Made by a program: the position numbers and the translations under genes. Below are positions 25,537 through 37,700 of a stretch of 64,000 bases of DNA, in pieces; the first letter of the stretch is position 1; each line of letters begins with the position of its first letter. Source of the DNA: Gordius albopunctatus (taxonomy: Eukaryota); NCBI GenBank assembly GCA_964276515.1, contig OZ193909.1:18414001-18478000 (forward strand), read 5' to 3'. The notes under the pieces were generated by a model. That model had not been told where the DNA came from. It saw only the letters and a list, made by a program, of their open reading frames with translations, and did not search any database.

Positions 25537-25660
25537 GGTATGTAGGCAAAGTGATGAAAACCAAATATATATCTGGACATGGCCCTTACCCGATCAAGAT
25601 GGAAGAAACCTATCAAATAAAACCCACGACTACGGGACCTAATAGATGATAAAGAAGAAG
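25537..25660 (+). mobile_element. RTE LINE 3' terminus (continuation of 20576-21246)
   Basis: Reads ..DMALTRSRWKKPIK, a typical RTE ORF end, followed by GAAGAAG. It resumes exactly at the Gypsy C boundary. Confidence 0.6.
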
Positions 25661-26604
25661 ATAATTTACAAATAATATAACATATGTCTGGCGTTCCTAC
25701 ATTCAAAGCTATTAAATTCGCATATTCACATAAATATTTTGCCCGTTTACGTCCGCTAGAAGTAGAACACTTTCAAAAAGATCTCCGGTCTGCATTGTCC
25801 GAACTATTATATTTATGCGTCAGGCCCAAATTAATGAGGACCTTAAACAAATGTTAAAAATAATAGTCACATTAATGACATATTAATTGAAACATGGCTA
25901 TAGATATCTTTTCATTCGTAAATATTAATAAATAAATTGTTGACATTTCGGGTTATAGCCAGGTGCGTCTTTCTTCAATCAATGTTCCATTGCTTAAGCC
26001 AAATTCGCCCTAATCTTCGTACGTGCCCCCACCAACGCTTTCGAAATTTTAAAAAGATGTTTGCACGAGTTCAGCCTTGCCGGTATTTTCTAGTCTCTGA
26101 TTGCGAAGATGTGACCATGTATTTGAATATATAAATTTTTATAAATATCAGCATTTATAAAATTAAAATTATCAAGGAGGTGAGGTGAATTCCTAAACAA
26201 AATTGTAGCGCTTAATTTTTCATAGAATTTTGCTTGTGGCCGGCGGTTGATACAAGTCGAGTTGTAGGCTCGGCTTAGTTAGTATAATAACTTGATGACG
26301 GGCTTAAGCTCAACAGAGGCTTATATTTAATTGTATCCAGATTAATAAGTGCTTATTACCTTAATTTCAATTTTATAATATTTTATAATACTAATTAATC
26401 TTAACTATATTTTGAATTTTTTAACGACTCCTAACAATAGTCTTTCTAAAAGTTTAAGGTTTCGAAAGTTATTAATAGCATCTAGAGCGGATTCGTGGGT
26501 GCATTTGAGTGCTTTCTGTTTTAATGAATAATATAAACTGTAATAAGTGACAGCATTTCTTTTAAATTATATTCCTTCTAATTTTTATGCAAAAGACTAT
26601 TAAA

Positions 26605-29600
26605 AAATCCAACCATATCCAGAATTCCAAAGGGGGCCCGTGCGTGCATGGAACAGTTTTTAATAAAACTACTCAATAATATTATTTCTCTCCCTCAGAA
26701 CATATCCAATCGGGAGAATTTATTTAAATTCTCTTTTTATATTTTATCAATTCCCCAGGAAAAAGAAGCAAATATCAGTCATAATATTAAACAATCAGAC
26801 AGCCCTCCAGCATATAACATGAATAGAAAGGAATTCCAAATATTATCCCCTAAACAAAAAGCTAAGAAATACCTTAAAGAAGATAATTCATTTTTAAGTC
26901 CTCAACAAAAATAATATGAATAAATGGTTCTCAAGCATCCCCAAGCCTATCTTCAACCTACCTACCGCTCTCGCAAGTCGCAACCTTTAGATATTGCTTT
27001 TGAGTCATCAGACATACAAGATGTCATCTTATCCTTTCCTATGGATTCTGAAGGTTATCTACACGTCATAAAACCATTTTTTTAAAAAGATCTTATAACA
27101 ATTAAGAATAATAACTCGTCCATTTTAGTAGACTTATTACCAAATTTTGTAACCTTTTAGTTAATGTTTGTATACCTAAAAAAATGACACCCATAGTCTT
27201 TGGAGCTAAGCTTTTAGCTATAAAAAAGGCCGACAATTCAGCCAGGCCTATTGCTGGCGATGTCTTTCCAAAAATTATTATTTCTATATTAATTTGTTCG
27301 TCCATCGAACCCATATTAAGCCCGTTTGGAGTCAAAGAAGGGTGCGAGATGGCTACCCATGCCGCACGCTTAGCCCTGGAGCACCTCCCTCTGGGTCACC
27401 CCTTTTTAAAACTGAATTTTAAAAAAGCTTTCAATAGCATTCGTCGCGCAGCTTTCATAAATGATTTTATCCAGCTATTCCTCAATACAGCAACTACACT
27501 ATTTTAAGTTAAGGATGCCCCTCGATTTTGAAATTTGAAGAGTTCTTCCTTAAATCCGCAAAAGTGTTCCACCAAGGCGATCCTCTAAGCCCCACACCTA
27601 CCTTTATTCTGTTTGGCTATAAATCACCTAATTTATGAAATTAACAAACATTGTAAACTCACCCTTAATGTCTGGTATCTAGATGACGCCACTCTTGTCA
27701 GCACTCCAGAAAATCTAGTCCTAGCACTAGATGTAGTGCTTTGATCTCGTCTCGGTCTCGAAAACAAAATCTCGTCTCGTCTCGGGAGCGATTATAAAAA
27801 TCTCGATCTCGTCTCGTCTCGACTTTTTAAAAAAAATATATACTGAATAAAAATTTCTCCTGTTTTATTAAATATATTAAAAAAGTGTTAAAAAATCCAA
27901 ATGGAAAATTTTTATATTTTTTAAAAAACTTTAATACACAAACTTTTTAAAGGTTTAGCGGGACATGACATCTCATTGACAATATAAAGATATAAATTAA
28001 TTCATAAAGATAACATTTTCTATGGAAAGTGCAGACTAAAAGACTATAAATAAATTTGAAGTATAGAAAATTAAATGTGAATGTTATAGCAAATTATAAC
28101 ATTTGTATCAAATTCACTTTTTCGTCAACTATAAATAGACTTAATAATACGTTCGCTTATAGTTGACTTAATTGCATAATTGAGCAAATTGAGACCCTTT
28201 GTTGACTAAGTTTATTGTTACCATCATCAATTATATGCCATAGTGTTTATTGCATGTTTACTATAGAGTTATAAAACATAAAGTGCGGGTGACTTTTAAT
28301 GATAATATTATTATTTACAGAATTGAACTAGAGGCACATATCAAAACGTTGTAAAAACAACAATAAAAGCAGCATTATTATAGGATTAAGAAGAAAAGGT
28401 TTTAAACTTTAAATTGCACGTATTTAAATTTATGACAGAAATCATTATAATCAAATTTATATTCCAAATAATTACCTACCAATTCCAACTAACTTTGCCA
28501 TTAAATAGTTATTTATTGAATACAGTATAGGTTCGTGTATTTATTTTATATTGCACAATTATGGAAATATAATAAATTTAAATGCACCTGCCAACCCAGC
28601 GTATAATGTGAAAAGTAATGCATATGACAAATCTATGTATTCACATAATGTCTTATTAAAATTCAAAAATTTGGGAGGTATAGTATTAGTTGAAGCATAA
28701 AAACTTTTAAAAAATCCATTATTTAGATTTAATCTATTACGGTATCATTAAATACTCTATTGTACTTTTGAAATCGTTAGGCGGGTGCTCAAAATCTAGA
28801 CCTACTTATTCAAACTGATTGACTACCAATTTATAATTACCGCATTATGCGGGACAGGATGAGTAACTGCAAAATATAAATATGCTTTAGTAATATTTAC
28901 TATTCCATCAGAACTCATTCTAAGCCTAAAATTTCTTTAATATTTAATAGTGCTATGGATACAAATAGGTGATAAAATAATATAAAATTATTAACATACC
29001 CTATGGGTGAACCTTACTTAGGTAAATGATTGCCAATTTTTGAAGTTTCTGCAAATATATATTATATTTACTACACTTAGGAATTTTTTTAATATCAAAT
29101 ATATTCTATACATATTGATTTACACTTAATACCCTAAATGTAAATCATGCAAATTAAAATACATAATAATTTACTAAAATCTAACGATCAATAAAAAGTC
29201 GAGATCTCGCCGAGAAAATCTCGTCTCGACATCAAAATTCTCGTCTCGATCTCGACTCCATTTTTCGAATTCGAGATTTTTCTCGGTTTTTCCGCATCAC
29301 TAACTAGATGTAAAACGTACCTTTTCCCCCACTTTAAACTTATCCTTAAACGCCTCAAAAAGTTAAATTTATTCTGACCTGTATATTATCCACCCAAAGT
29401 TCTTTAACTTTGCCAAAATTAAAAAAGAGAATAAGTATGTTTTATGCGCACTTTTCAGTAGACCTGAGTGTCTTAAAAACATTTTAAAAACCTTTCCTCT
29501 TTAAAAGTCAAATTAGACATTTTTAAATCTTTGCTATCCCAACTCCTTCTATGTTATACAAAAATTACTACAATATAAGCAAATTTTATTCTATTTTCGC

Positions 29601-30076
29601 TCCACGCAAGCTTTTTTGCTTAAAGACGTATTATACAATTATGAGAGCTTTTTTAAATCCACGCCCAAATCAATTTTTGAATATATATTTCAACACAAAT
29701 AATTGGCTTCAAGCCATTCTTCCCACCAAATCCGGTGGCCTAGGTATTCGCTCACCAACTGCGATTTCCCTAGCCGCCTTCATTTCTTTCTCCCTATCTT
29801 TTAAACACCTAATTAACGAACTTGTCCCTTTCTCACTCAATCCCTCCATCAATCAAGCCTTAGCTCTATGGAATAATAATGTTAATTTAGGAGTTGACAT
29901 TCATCAATCATATGCCCAAAAAGATTTAGATGCAAGTTTGGTGTCGCGGTCCGTTGCTTCCCTTCTCTCGACATTCGACGACAAACAGCATTGTAATCTT
30001 AGGTGATTGGTTTTTGACCAATTCTGTCATGAATGGCTAGAAGCTTAGTCTAGAAAATTTTTGGGTATGCTCTTAG
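26605..30076 (+). mobile_element. Second, degraded CRE copy of the same family as 2363-6393, 5'-truncated and interrupted
   Basis: Clear nucleotide and protein similarity to copy 1 (RIPRGARACM, KADNSARPIA, WYLDDATLV, LPTKSGGLGIRSP, DLDASLVSRSVA), with many stops and indels. Confidence 0.9.
27734..29302. mobile_element. Non-autonomous hAT-like element with TCTCG/CGAGA subterminal repeats
   Basis: Termini TAGTG..CACTA. Perfect 8-bp TSD ACTAGATG at 27726-27733 and 29303-29310. The empty site is visible in CRE copy 1 (CAAGCACTAGATGTAAT on - at about 3825-3840). Confidence 0.9.
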
Positions 30077-30395
30077 TAGTGATGCGGAAAAACCGAGAAA
30101 AATCTCGATAACCGAGACGAGAATTTTGATGTCGAGACGAGACGATTCGAGATTTTTTCGGCGAGATCTCGACTTTTTATCGATCTTTAGATTTTAGTAA
30201 ATTATTGTGTATTATAATTTGCACGAATTACATTTAAGGTATTAAGTTTAAATCAATATGTATGGAATATATTTGATATTAAAAAAATTCCTAAGTGTAT
30301 AGTAAACATTATATATTTTTCCAAAAAACTTAAAATTTGGCAATCATTTACCTAAGTATGGTTGATCCTTAGGGTATTTGAATAATTTTATAATA
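30077..30395. mobile_element. Truncated, inverted second copy of the 27734-29302 element
   Basis: Begins TAGTGATGCGGAAAAACCGAGA and is the reverse complement of about 28985-29302. Confidence 0.85.
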
Positions 30396-30397
30396 TA

Positions 30398-30530
30398 CTA
30401 GATGAACCCGGCAAACGTTGTTTTGCCATTTACCCGGGTGTATTAAATTATGTTGGAATTTTAGGGCATATATGATGATAAAGCGGTTATTGAAGTAAAA
30501 ATAAAGTTTGATAATTTTTAAACAATTAGT
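30398..30530 (-). mobile_element. Helitron 3' end fragment
   Basis: The minus strand reads GGCAAAACAACGTTTGCC (hairpin) GGGTTCAT CTAG|T. The right extent is uncertain. Confidence 0.7.
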
Positions 30531-30990
30531 TAAAGAGTGTCCAAGGCCCAGGCCCACCCAAGAGGGAAAACCTGGTCCCATGCCCCCCCCCCCCAAGGGA
30601 AACATCTTTGGCCCCCTAGCTCTTCAAGCAATTTTTTTAATATATTTTTTTGTAATTAAGAAACAATATCATAATTATAATTATTTGTTTCTGAATAAAA
30701 CTTTTAATTCTGAACTTAATGATGTTCGAAGAACTGAGATATATCAAAATTTATTGGCACTTTGTTAAAAGTATTTTCATTTTTCTCCTTATTTAGCGCG
30801 CAAAAAATGACAAAATTAGATTTTTTAAATTTATTTAGCCACGTAGGAGGAGACACGACCGTCCTATAATAATAATAATTGACGTGAAAAATAAGTAAAA
30901 AATGACTTTGATTTAATGTTTCAAATCGTAAAAAGTTTCCATTTTCCGCAGCACATGCCTACATTTATCACACTACACTACCTATTCGCA

Positions 30991-31477
30991 TGAGAGGTCT
31001 GCATGGGCCGAAATTTCAGGGTCAGGCCCGGCCCATACCCGCACAAATATATATTTTTTTACCCATACACGCCCCGCAAAATAACAACAAAAAATGCGCC
31101 GCATCAGGCCCGCACGAGAAAAAAGCTTCAATGTTTTCAAAAAAATTTATTTATATAGAAACAATTTTGCATGTATGAAAAAATTGTTATAGCATATAAA
31201 AACGATATTAATAAAAAAATTATAATTCAATATTGTAATTTAAAAATAATAAACTGTCTATTCTATCAGGTAGTAGTCTTGTTCTTCTTTGTTCTATTAG
31301 GCGACTTGCCTTACTAAACGTGCGTTCACTTGTAGCGCTTGTGGCTGGAATCGCCAAAAACTGTACAGCTAACTTTGTCAAATTATGTAGGATAAGTTCG
31401 TGTTCTTTCTTTCCACCATAAAATAACATCAAGCTCATCATCTTCCCGTTTAAGATTTAATTTAAAATTTTATGATT
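30991..31477 (-). mobile_element. hAT fragment: TIR plus transposase dimerisation-domain tail
   Basis: The end GAGAGGTCTGCATGGGCCG matches the element at 61498. ORF 31220-31441 reads LAVQFLAIPATSATSERTFSKASRLIEQRRTRL..LLFL. Confidence 0.85.
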
Positions 31478-31780
31478 TTTCTATTAAATTATATTCCTTC
31501 TGATTTTTATGCAAAAGACTATTAAATAATAACATATCTTTGCATTAATTAAAAATATAATTCGCAGATCTATGCTAAGAACGGATTAATCAAATTATGT
31601 TAATTAGAAAGTCTTACAAAATTCCAAGCAAATATGTCACTATCAACATCATTATTTATCGCCGTTCTAAAAGTCACCAAAAAATAATAGATCATTTCTA
31701 AAAGTTAGAAATGGTAGCAATATGACTGTGAATAGTCACGCAGGACTGAGATTAGCTGTGTAAAAAGGTAAATGCTGAAG

Positions 31781-34700
31781 ATGAGCAATTGGTCCGAAGT
31801 TAACGATCTGTCAAATTATTTTAAAAAGTTGCAAGAAGACACTTTAGTAAATCGGTATTTAAAATAAAATGTTTGAAGGTTTAATTTTTCTAGCCTTTCA
31901 GATAATAATTGCATAGAGATACTCGAAAAGTTGATTAAGACAAATAAGATCACACTTTTGTATACAACTGATGGAAAAGAATTTGTCACGCCTAAGTACC
32001 TTATAAAAGAAATAAAAGAGGAACTTATTTCAAGTGGAGGTAAATAACTTACAAATTATTTTTATTATTTATAGGCAGGATTAATATTGTTGACCTTGCA
32101 ACAATATTGAAAGTTGACTTAAGTCACATTCAAAATGCTGTCAATGATCTCTTGAAACAAGATTCATCCTTAATTTTTATTTTAGGACAATTAATAAATA
32201 AGTATGATTTATTCTATTATCTGCTATAGTTTTCAGGAATTATGAAAATATTATTTTAGATGAAATTAATTTAAAATTAATCAATTATGGAATTTTAGCA
32301 TTAAATGATCTTGCTCGGCTCTATGATTTACCAGGAGATTATGTTATAAATGTAATTAATTTTTTCCTACAATTATATTTAAATCAAAACAATATTATGT
32401 AAAATAAAAATACTATATTTATGTTGAAAAAAAGAAATACATTAAACCCTTATTTTGTAATAATTATAATTTATTTGATAACTAACAGTTTAATGGCTTT
32501 TCTAAAGTTTGATATAAATATTATATTTAACACCTAATCTACCTTATTAGCACATCTTACATAACAAGCTTTTTTTGCCTATATTTTGTTTGAAATAGCA
32601 TTATGCAATATATAAAAGAACTCAAAATTTTATTGCCATTTTGTCATTTTAGATTTATGTAATTTTTAACATAAATTTCTTTGCATTATTACAAAATTTA
32701 AAACATTAATTTTTATGTTCACACAGATTTTGAAAAAAGGTTTGTCAACTAAAAAGATTGCAGGCATTTTGGATGGTGAAGGTAAAAGATTGTACACAGA
32801 AAAATATGTGGAAAATCAAAGAGCAAAAATAAGGGGCATATTTTCTGCTATTATTAGGTAGTTTTATCTGAAAAATCTATGCTACATAAAATTTATATTG
32901 ATCAAGCCTTTTAATATATTTTTTGTTGAAGGAAACAAATTATTATTATTACTTATGAAAGACATTTTGTATATTTTTAGTCCAGTAAATCTTGGTCAGA
33001 TTGTGGCAGAACATAAACTCAATGAAAATTTGATAACACGTAAGTATATTAATAAAACAGGCTGATTAGGAATTTAATTGTTAATGTTTTGTAGCAATAT
33101 TAGAACAGTTAATTAAGGATGATCAAATTAGTGGGGTCATGGTTGGTAACAAGCGTGATAAGCTGCTCTCCTTTATGAAATACATTCCACACATTTACAC
33201 TCAATTACAAAAAACTTGGACCGTCAATTTCCTCAACCAAAACAAATATTTGGGTACTATTATGAAAGCTAATAAATTTTAAATCGCCATGATATATATA
33301 ATTCTTACTTATTAATCAAATGAAATGATATCTATCAATTTATACAAATATTTAAATGCATATATCATATATTTGTTTAATCGATGATTTTGTATATTTA
33401 ATTCCCAAAAAGTAATTGAATGAGGGATATGCCTGTTGTTCACCTTAAAATTTCCAATCAAAGTCATTATAATAAAAAATAATAAATTTTATATATAATT
33501 AAATGGAAACTAAATTAAAGTGCTATGTATTGAATTATTAGATATAAATACACACCTTTATTACCCTTATGTATAGATTTATTGGATAGAACAGATTATT
33601 TAAGGAATCATCTAGAACAAAACGATTATAATATTCTAACGTTTAACAAATAATTAACCTTAAAATTATAATAACACGTAGCAAACCATTGTTTTTTTAA
33701 TTATAAATGGTTCCCACTTTGTCCCGAAAATTCCATGTGCACACCTTTTTTAAGTATCACATCTTTTAGACATTTAAAAAGGATTATTTAATAATAATTT
33801 GAAAATATTATTATGTAACCTTTTAAAAATTTGTAATTTTTTATTGTGGTAGAATACGATTCGTTGAGAAAAATTAATATCTCCGACCCCAAAACCTATG
33901 TCACAAAAGTCTGGTCATCATTTGCTGAAACAGAACCTCTCGCCTTCCTTCAAACTTGTTGCATCGAACGCTCACTGAAAAACGACCTGATATCCAGCAT
34001 AGATTCTAGCTTAGTTTCTCAAGGCTACGTAGATGTTATGGTGATTATACGTGAAAAACTTTTTACAATGATGAACCTTAGCCAATTTCTGTACTTTTTC
34101 CATCCTTCAGCTTTCCCCTAGATTATGAAATAATCACATTTTAATTCTTATTGTGAGAGATTCTCTTTTATTACTTGATTCTAGTTGTTTTCTAAATTTT
34201 GACTAAGCCCCATAGTCGACTAAGAAAAAAATGAGCAAAGACTGGACTAAAATTAAAGGCCGACTATACAAAACCCCGACCCCTTTTTACACCACTACCT
34301 GTATTTGACTGCTCATACTTTTTACGGTATTATTAAATTTAAGTGATTTAATCTCACGTCTAGTCAACTAATTACTTGTGAAGCTGCACTTTGGTGAATA
34401 TAAATTGGATATATATGCCATCGATTCTGAATCGATGTTCCAATTTGTTGGTTTTCGTTTGCAATCCCTTTACATGTTATTCTCTCAAGAATAACAGCAT
34501 GTTAACCCTTTGATATTTATTAAATGCGCCAAGTTATTACGTGCAAAATCTTTCTCTCCTTAGCTTAGCAGTTATTTGGTCAAACATTCGTGGGCTTTGT
34601 TTTGATGAGTTCCCTCCATCTTGACCGGGTGACTGCCATGTCTTGACTCATCTATTTTGTTTTCAAGACTTTTCTCCACTTTCCCTTTCACACGAGACAT

Positions 34701-37700
34701 CCTCTCTTCCCGTCTACCTCCGTGTCATAGGAGTAACTAGGATTTTAAAATTTTCGAGGTGAAATTTTTTTGTAACTATTTTTTTGGATGAAAATAAAAT
34801 ACTAAAAGTAAAATTCCAACAAATACACACAATTATATAAATTGAAAATCATGAGAGGGGTTCCAAGAACCCAAAACCCACAGCTCTCTACCTATGCCAA
34901 TGCTCCGTGTCCAGTACTGCTTTTCGATTTAATTACAACCGTAGACTAGAAAGATAACTGCTCACCAAAGCACCAATTGTCTACCCTTCTTCCCTCCATT
35001 TCGATGTTATCATGGTAAAGTGGTGTTCATATAATAGAAATTAGTGGTAATTTTGGCAAATTAAATAATCTTAAAGAGGTAATGAAATAATATTTAATTG
35101 GGTAGATGCCGAAAACAGCATTTTCTAAAATAAATATAATTTACGCAATACACCAAAATTAAAATTGCAAAAACTGGGATTAAAGTTAGTTTAATAATAT
35201 AGCGCCATAAATATTTTGTATCATATTAATATTTATTGACCCTTGTTTTAATTTATAAACTGGTGAAGAAGGTGAATTGCACGGGGTTAAAATGCACCAG
35301 TTGCACTCTCCGAAATGGAGGAGAATTGCAACATATGGCATGATGAGCAGTCTATCTAGTCTATGATTACAACGACATTAATAATAAATTTCGACCCCAT
35401 TTCACTAGGACGTTGTGCCTTCATACATGAACCCAGAGGACGGGGCTCAGCTATTTTCCGCCTACGTGGAAGACCATCGAACCCCACAACCTTACAAATG
35501 CCTCGACGACGGAACCTTTCTATGGGACGAGTCTTCTGCCCTGGTCAAGCCAACTTCTACGGGCCCAAGTGACAAGCACGTTCTCTTATTACTGCTCGAT
35601 TCCACGTTTGTCCTAACTCGCAAGTTGATAAACGATTGTCGGGCTCTATTTGAGCCCATAGTCAAAGAAAAGGCTAAAGAGGTGAGCAACACTTATTTTT
35701 GCTTGGGGCCAGGGCCGTAGCCAAGGGGGCGGAAAGCGGGACTTTTCTACCCCCTTTGACCAAAATTTGAAATTTTTTTTTGATTAATAAAATTAGATTA
35801 TTATATGGGTTAAAATATTATAGTTTAGTTGCATAAAATATTTTGAGACACTTATAAAAGCCTGGAAAAATAATATGTACATTCAATTTTTAGAATTTAA
35901 TTTTCGACTAAATGCTTTAATTTTCCACCATGGATTGTAAATTATGAAAAACTTGTTTTTTTATCTAAACACCGTACATTTAGCTGTACTAAAAAATGTG
36001 AGGTAAACAGATTGAGTGACTCTATAATTTAGCTTCTTAACAACTTGAAAATTTTTTCAGATCAAACTCATATAATTTTGCTTTGGTTTCAGCCATTATT
36101 TAATTTTACCTAAATGATAATATTTTCAGCCACTTGAATAACTTGCATAAGGTCCATGTCCCTTTTTAAGGTATAAAAGCGATAGTAAATGCTCTGATTA
36201 ATGAAGGGAAGAGATTTTTCCAAAGCTGGTTATATAGCGCCTTCGAGTTTCGCTTATTTTGTACGCGAACTTTACTTTTGTTACATTATAAATAAAAGTG
36301 CCGAATTTTTTTTTGAATTTTTCCTCCCCCCTTGTGTTGGGGGGCTCTTTTTAATATGCTTTAGTTGATGCTATACAAATTGTAAGCTTTTTGCACTATT
36401 ATATTTAGCGAGCGAAACCCCAATTAGTTGTTTGTTTCGATTGGAGATTATTATCAGTTGTTATTGAAGCGCGGCTCCCCTATATATTTTTTTGGAATAG
36501 TTATACAGATAATAATTATACCCAAAATTAAATTGTTAAATTTTTTGGAAAGATGACAAAAATTAGGAACCGTGAGGGGGGGGGGTTAGAATTTGTTAAT
36601 TTTCTAAGTTTTGACCCTAGTATCATTTTATAAAGTTAAGAATTTTTGTTGGATAAGCCACCAATTGTCATACAGGAAACTTGTGTTTATTATGTTATAA
36701 AAGTAGGGGGCAATAATGCTGCGTGATTCAAGCCATATTTAAATGACATTTGTAAATATTTTATGATCTAGAGAGGGGGGTGCGCCCTGCCTCCCCCGGC
36801 TACTACCACGTGTTGTAAAAACGGCTGGTTTCAAACCTTTGGTCTATTTATGCGAATAAGAAAAAGAGACCAAAACCCTTTTTACAACACTACCAAGTAA
36901 GTATACACTAACTTCACTGCGTTTTTTATTGCTCATAGGCATCCCCCCGGAAGGGTTATCCTCAAATCCTGTTTGCCGAGGAGGCTGAAAGGCGAGAAAA
37001 AGGGGTAAAACATGAGAATCGTGGTGAGGCTGGAGACGATAATGGGCCTTCTAATAAGAGGGATGATAGGAGGAAAAAAGCGTTGGCCTGTAAGTTTTTT
37101 ATGCCTAAACGACTTGGGTGTTTTTTGAAATATTTCGGTCTTGGCCATTTCTAAGGCCTTTTTCTGCGTGAAAATACCTTCCTTTTAAGTATTTACTCGG
37201 TGTTAGCTTGGAATTCGAGTTTTTCATGCCTACTTTTACCATAAAGTTAGTTTCGATGATGCGCGATTTACTCTTAATGCTCTCTTTTTTAAAATAATAA
37301 TTTTTGCATACGAATATGGACATTATATTTTGTATGAGTGATAATGATTAATGGCGCTCGGCAACAATTACTTACAAGGTAGTGATTAGTGATGATCAAA
37401 ACCTAGGTCAGGTTTTCCCGAGGTTCAACCTCAGGTCGGTTTTAGGTTCGGGTGTTCAAAAACCTGGCAAGGTTTTTGAACACCCGAACCTTAATCTGAG
37501 GTTGATTCCGAAAATCAACCTGAAAAACCTTCAGGTCAATTTTATCCCCAACCTGAAACCCAGGTTGACCTCAGGTTAACCTGATAAAAATCTCTTGTTT
37601 TATGCGATAAATTTAAGAATAAATTTTTATTTTACTTTAACTATTTTCCTTTTTCAAGATGCGTCAAACTTTTTAAATATTTACAATTTTAAATGAACAA

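Noticed and set aside
25930..26010. Additional hAT transposase tail on - (LIEERRTWL.PE)
   Set aside because: It is too short and degenerate, with no TIR or TSD, to call as a feature.
30397..30404. Third ACTAGATG matching the TSD of the 27734-29302 element
   Set aside because: It is explained by the Helitron CTAG terminus and has no adjoining TIR.
37400..37585. Short AACCT(G/C)AGG repeats, and TCTCG repeats at 27745-27822, as a CRISPR-like array
   Set aside because: They are irregular subterminal repeats of hAT elements with no constant repeat-spacer period, in a eukaryotic context.
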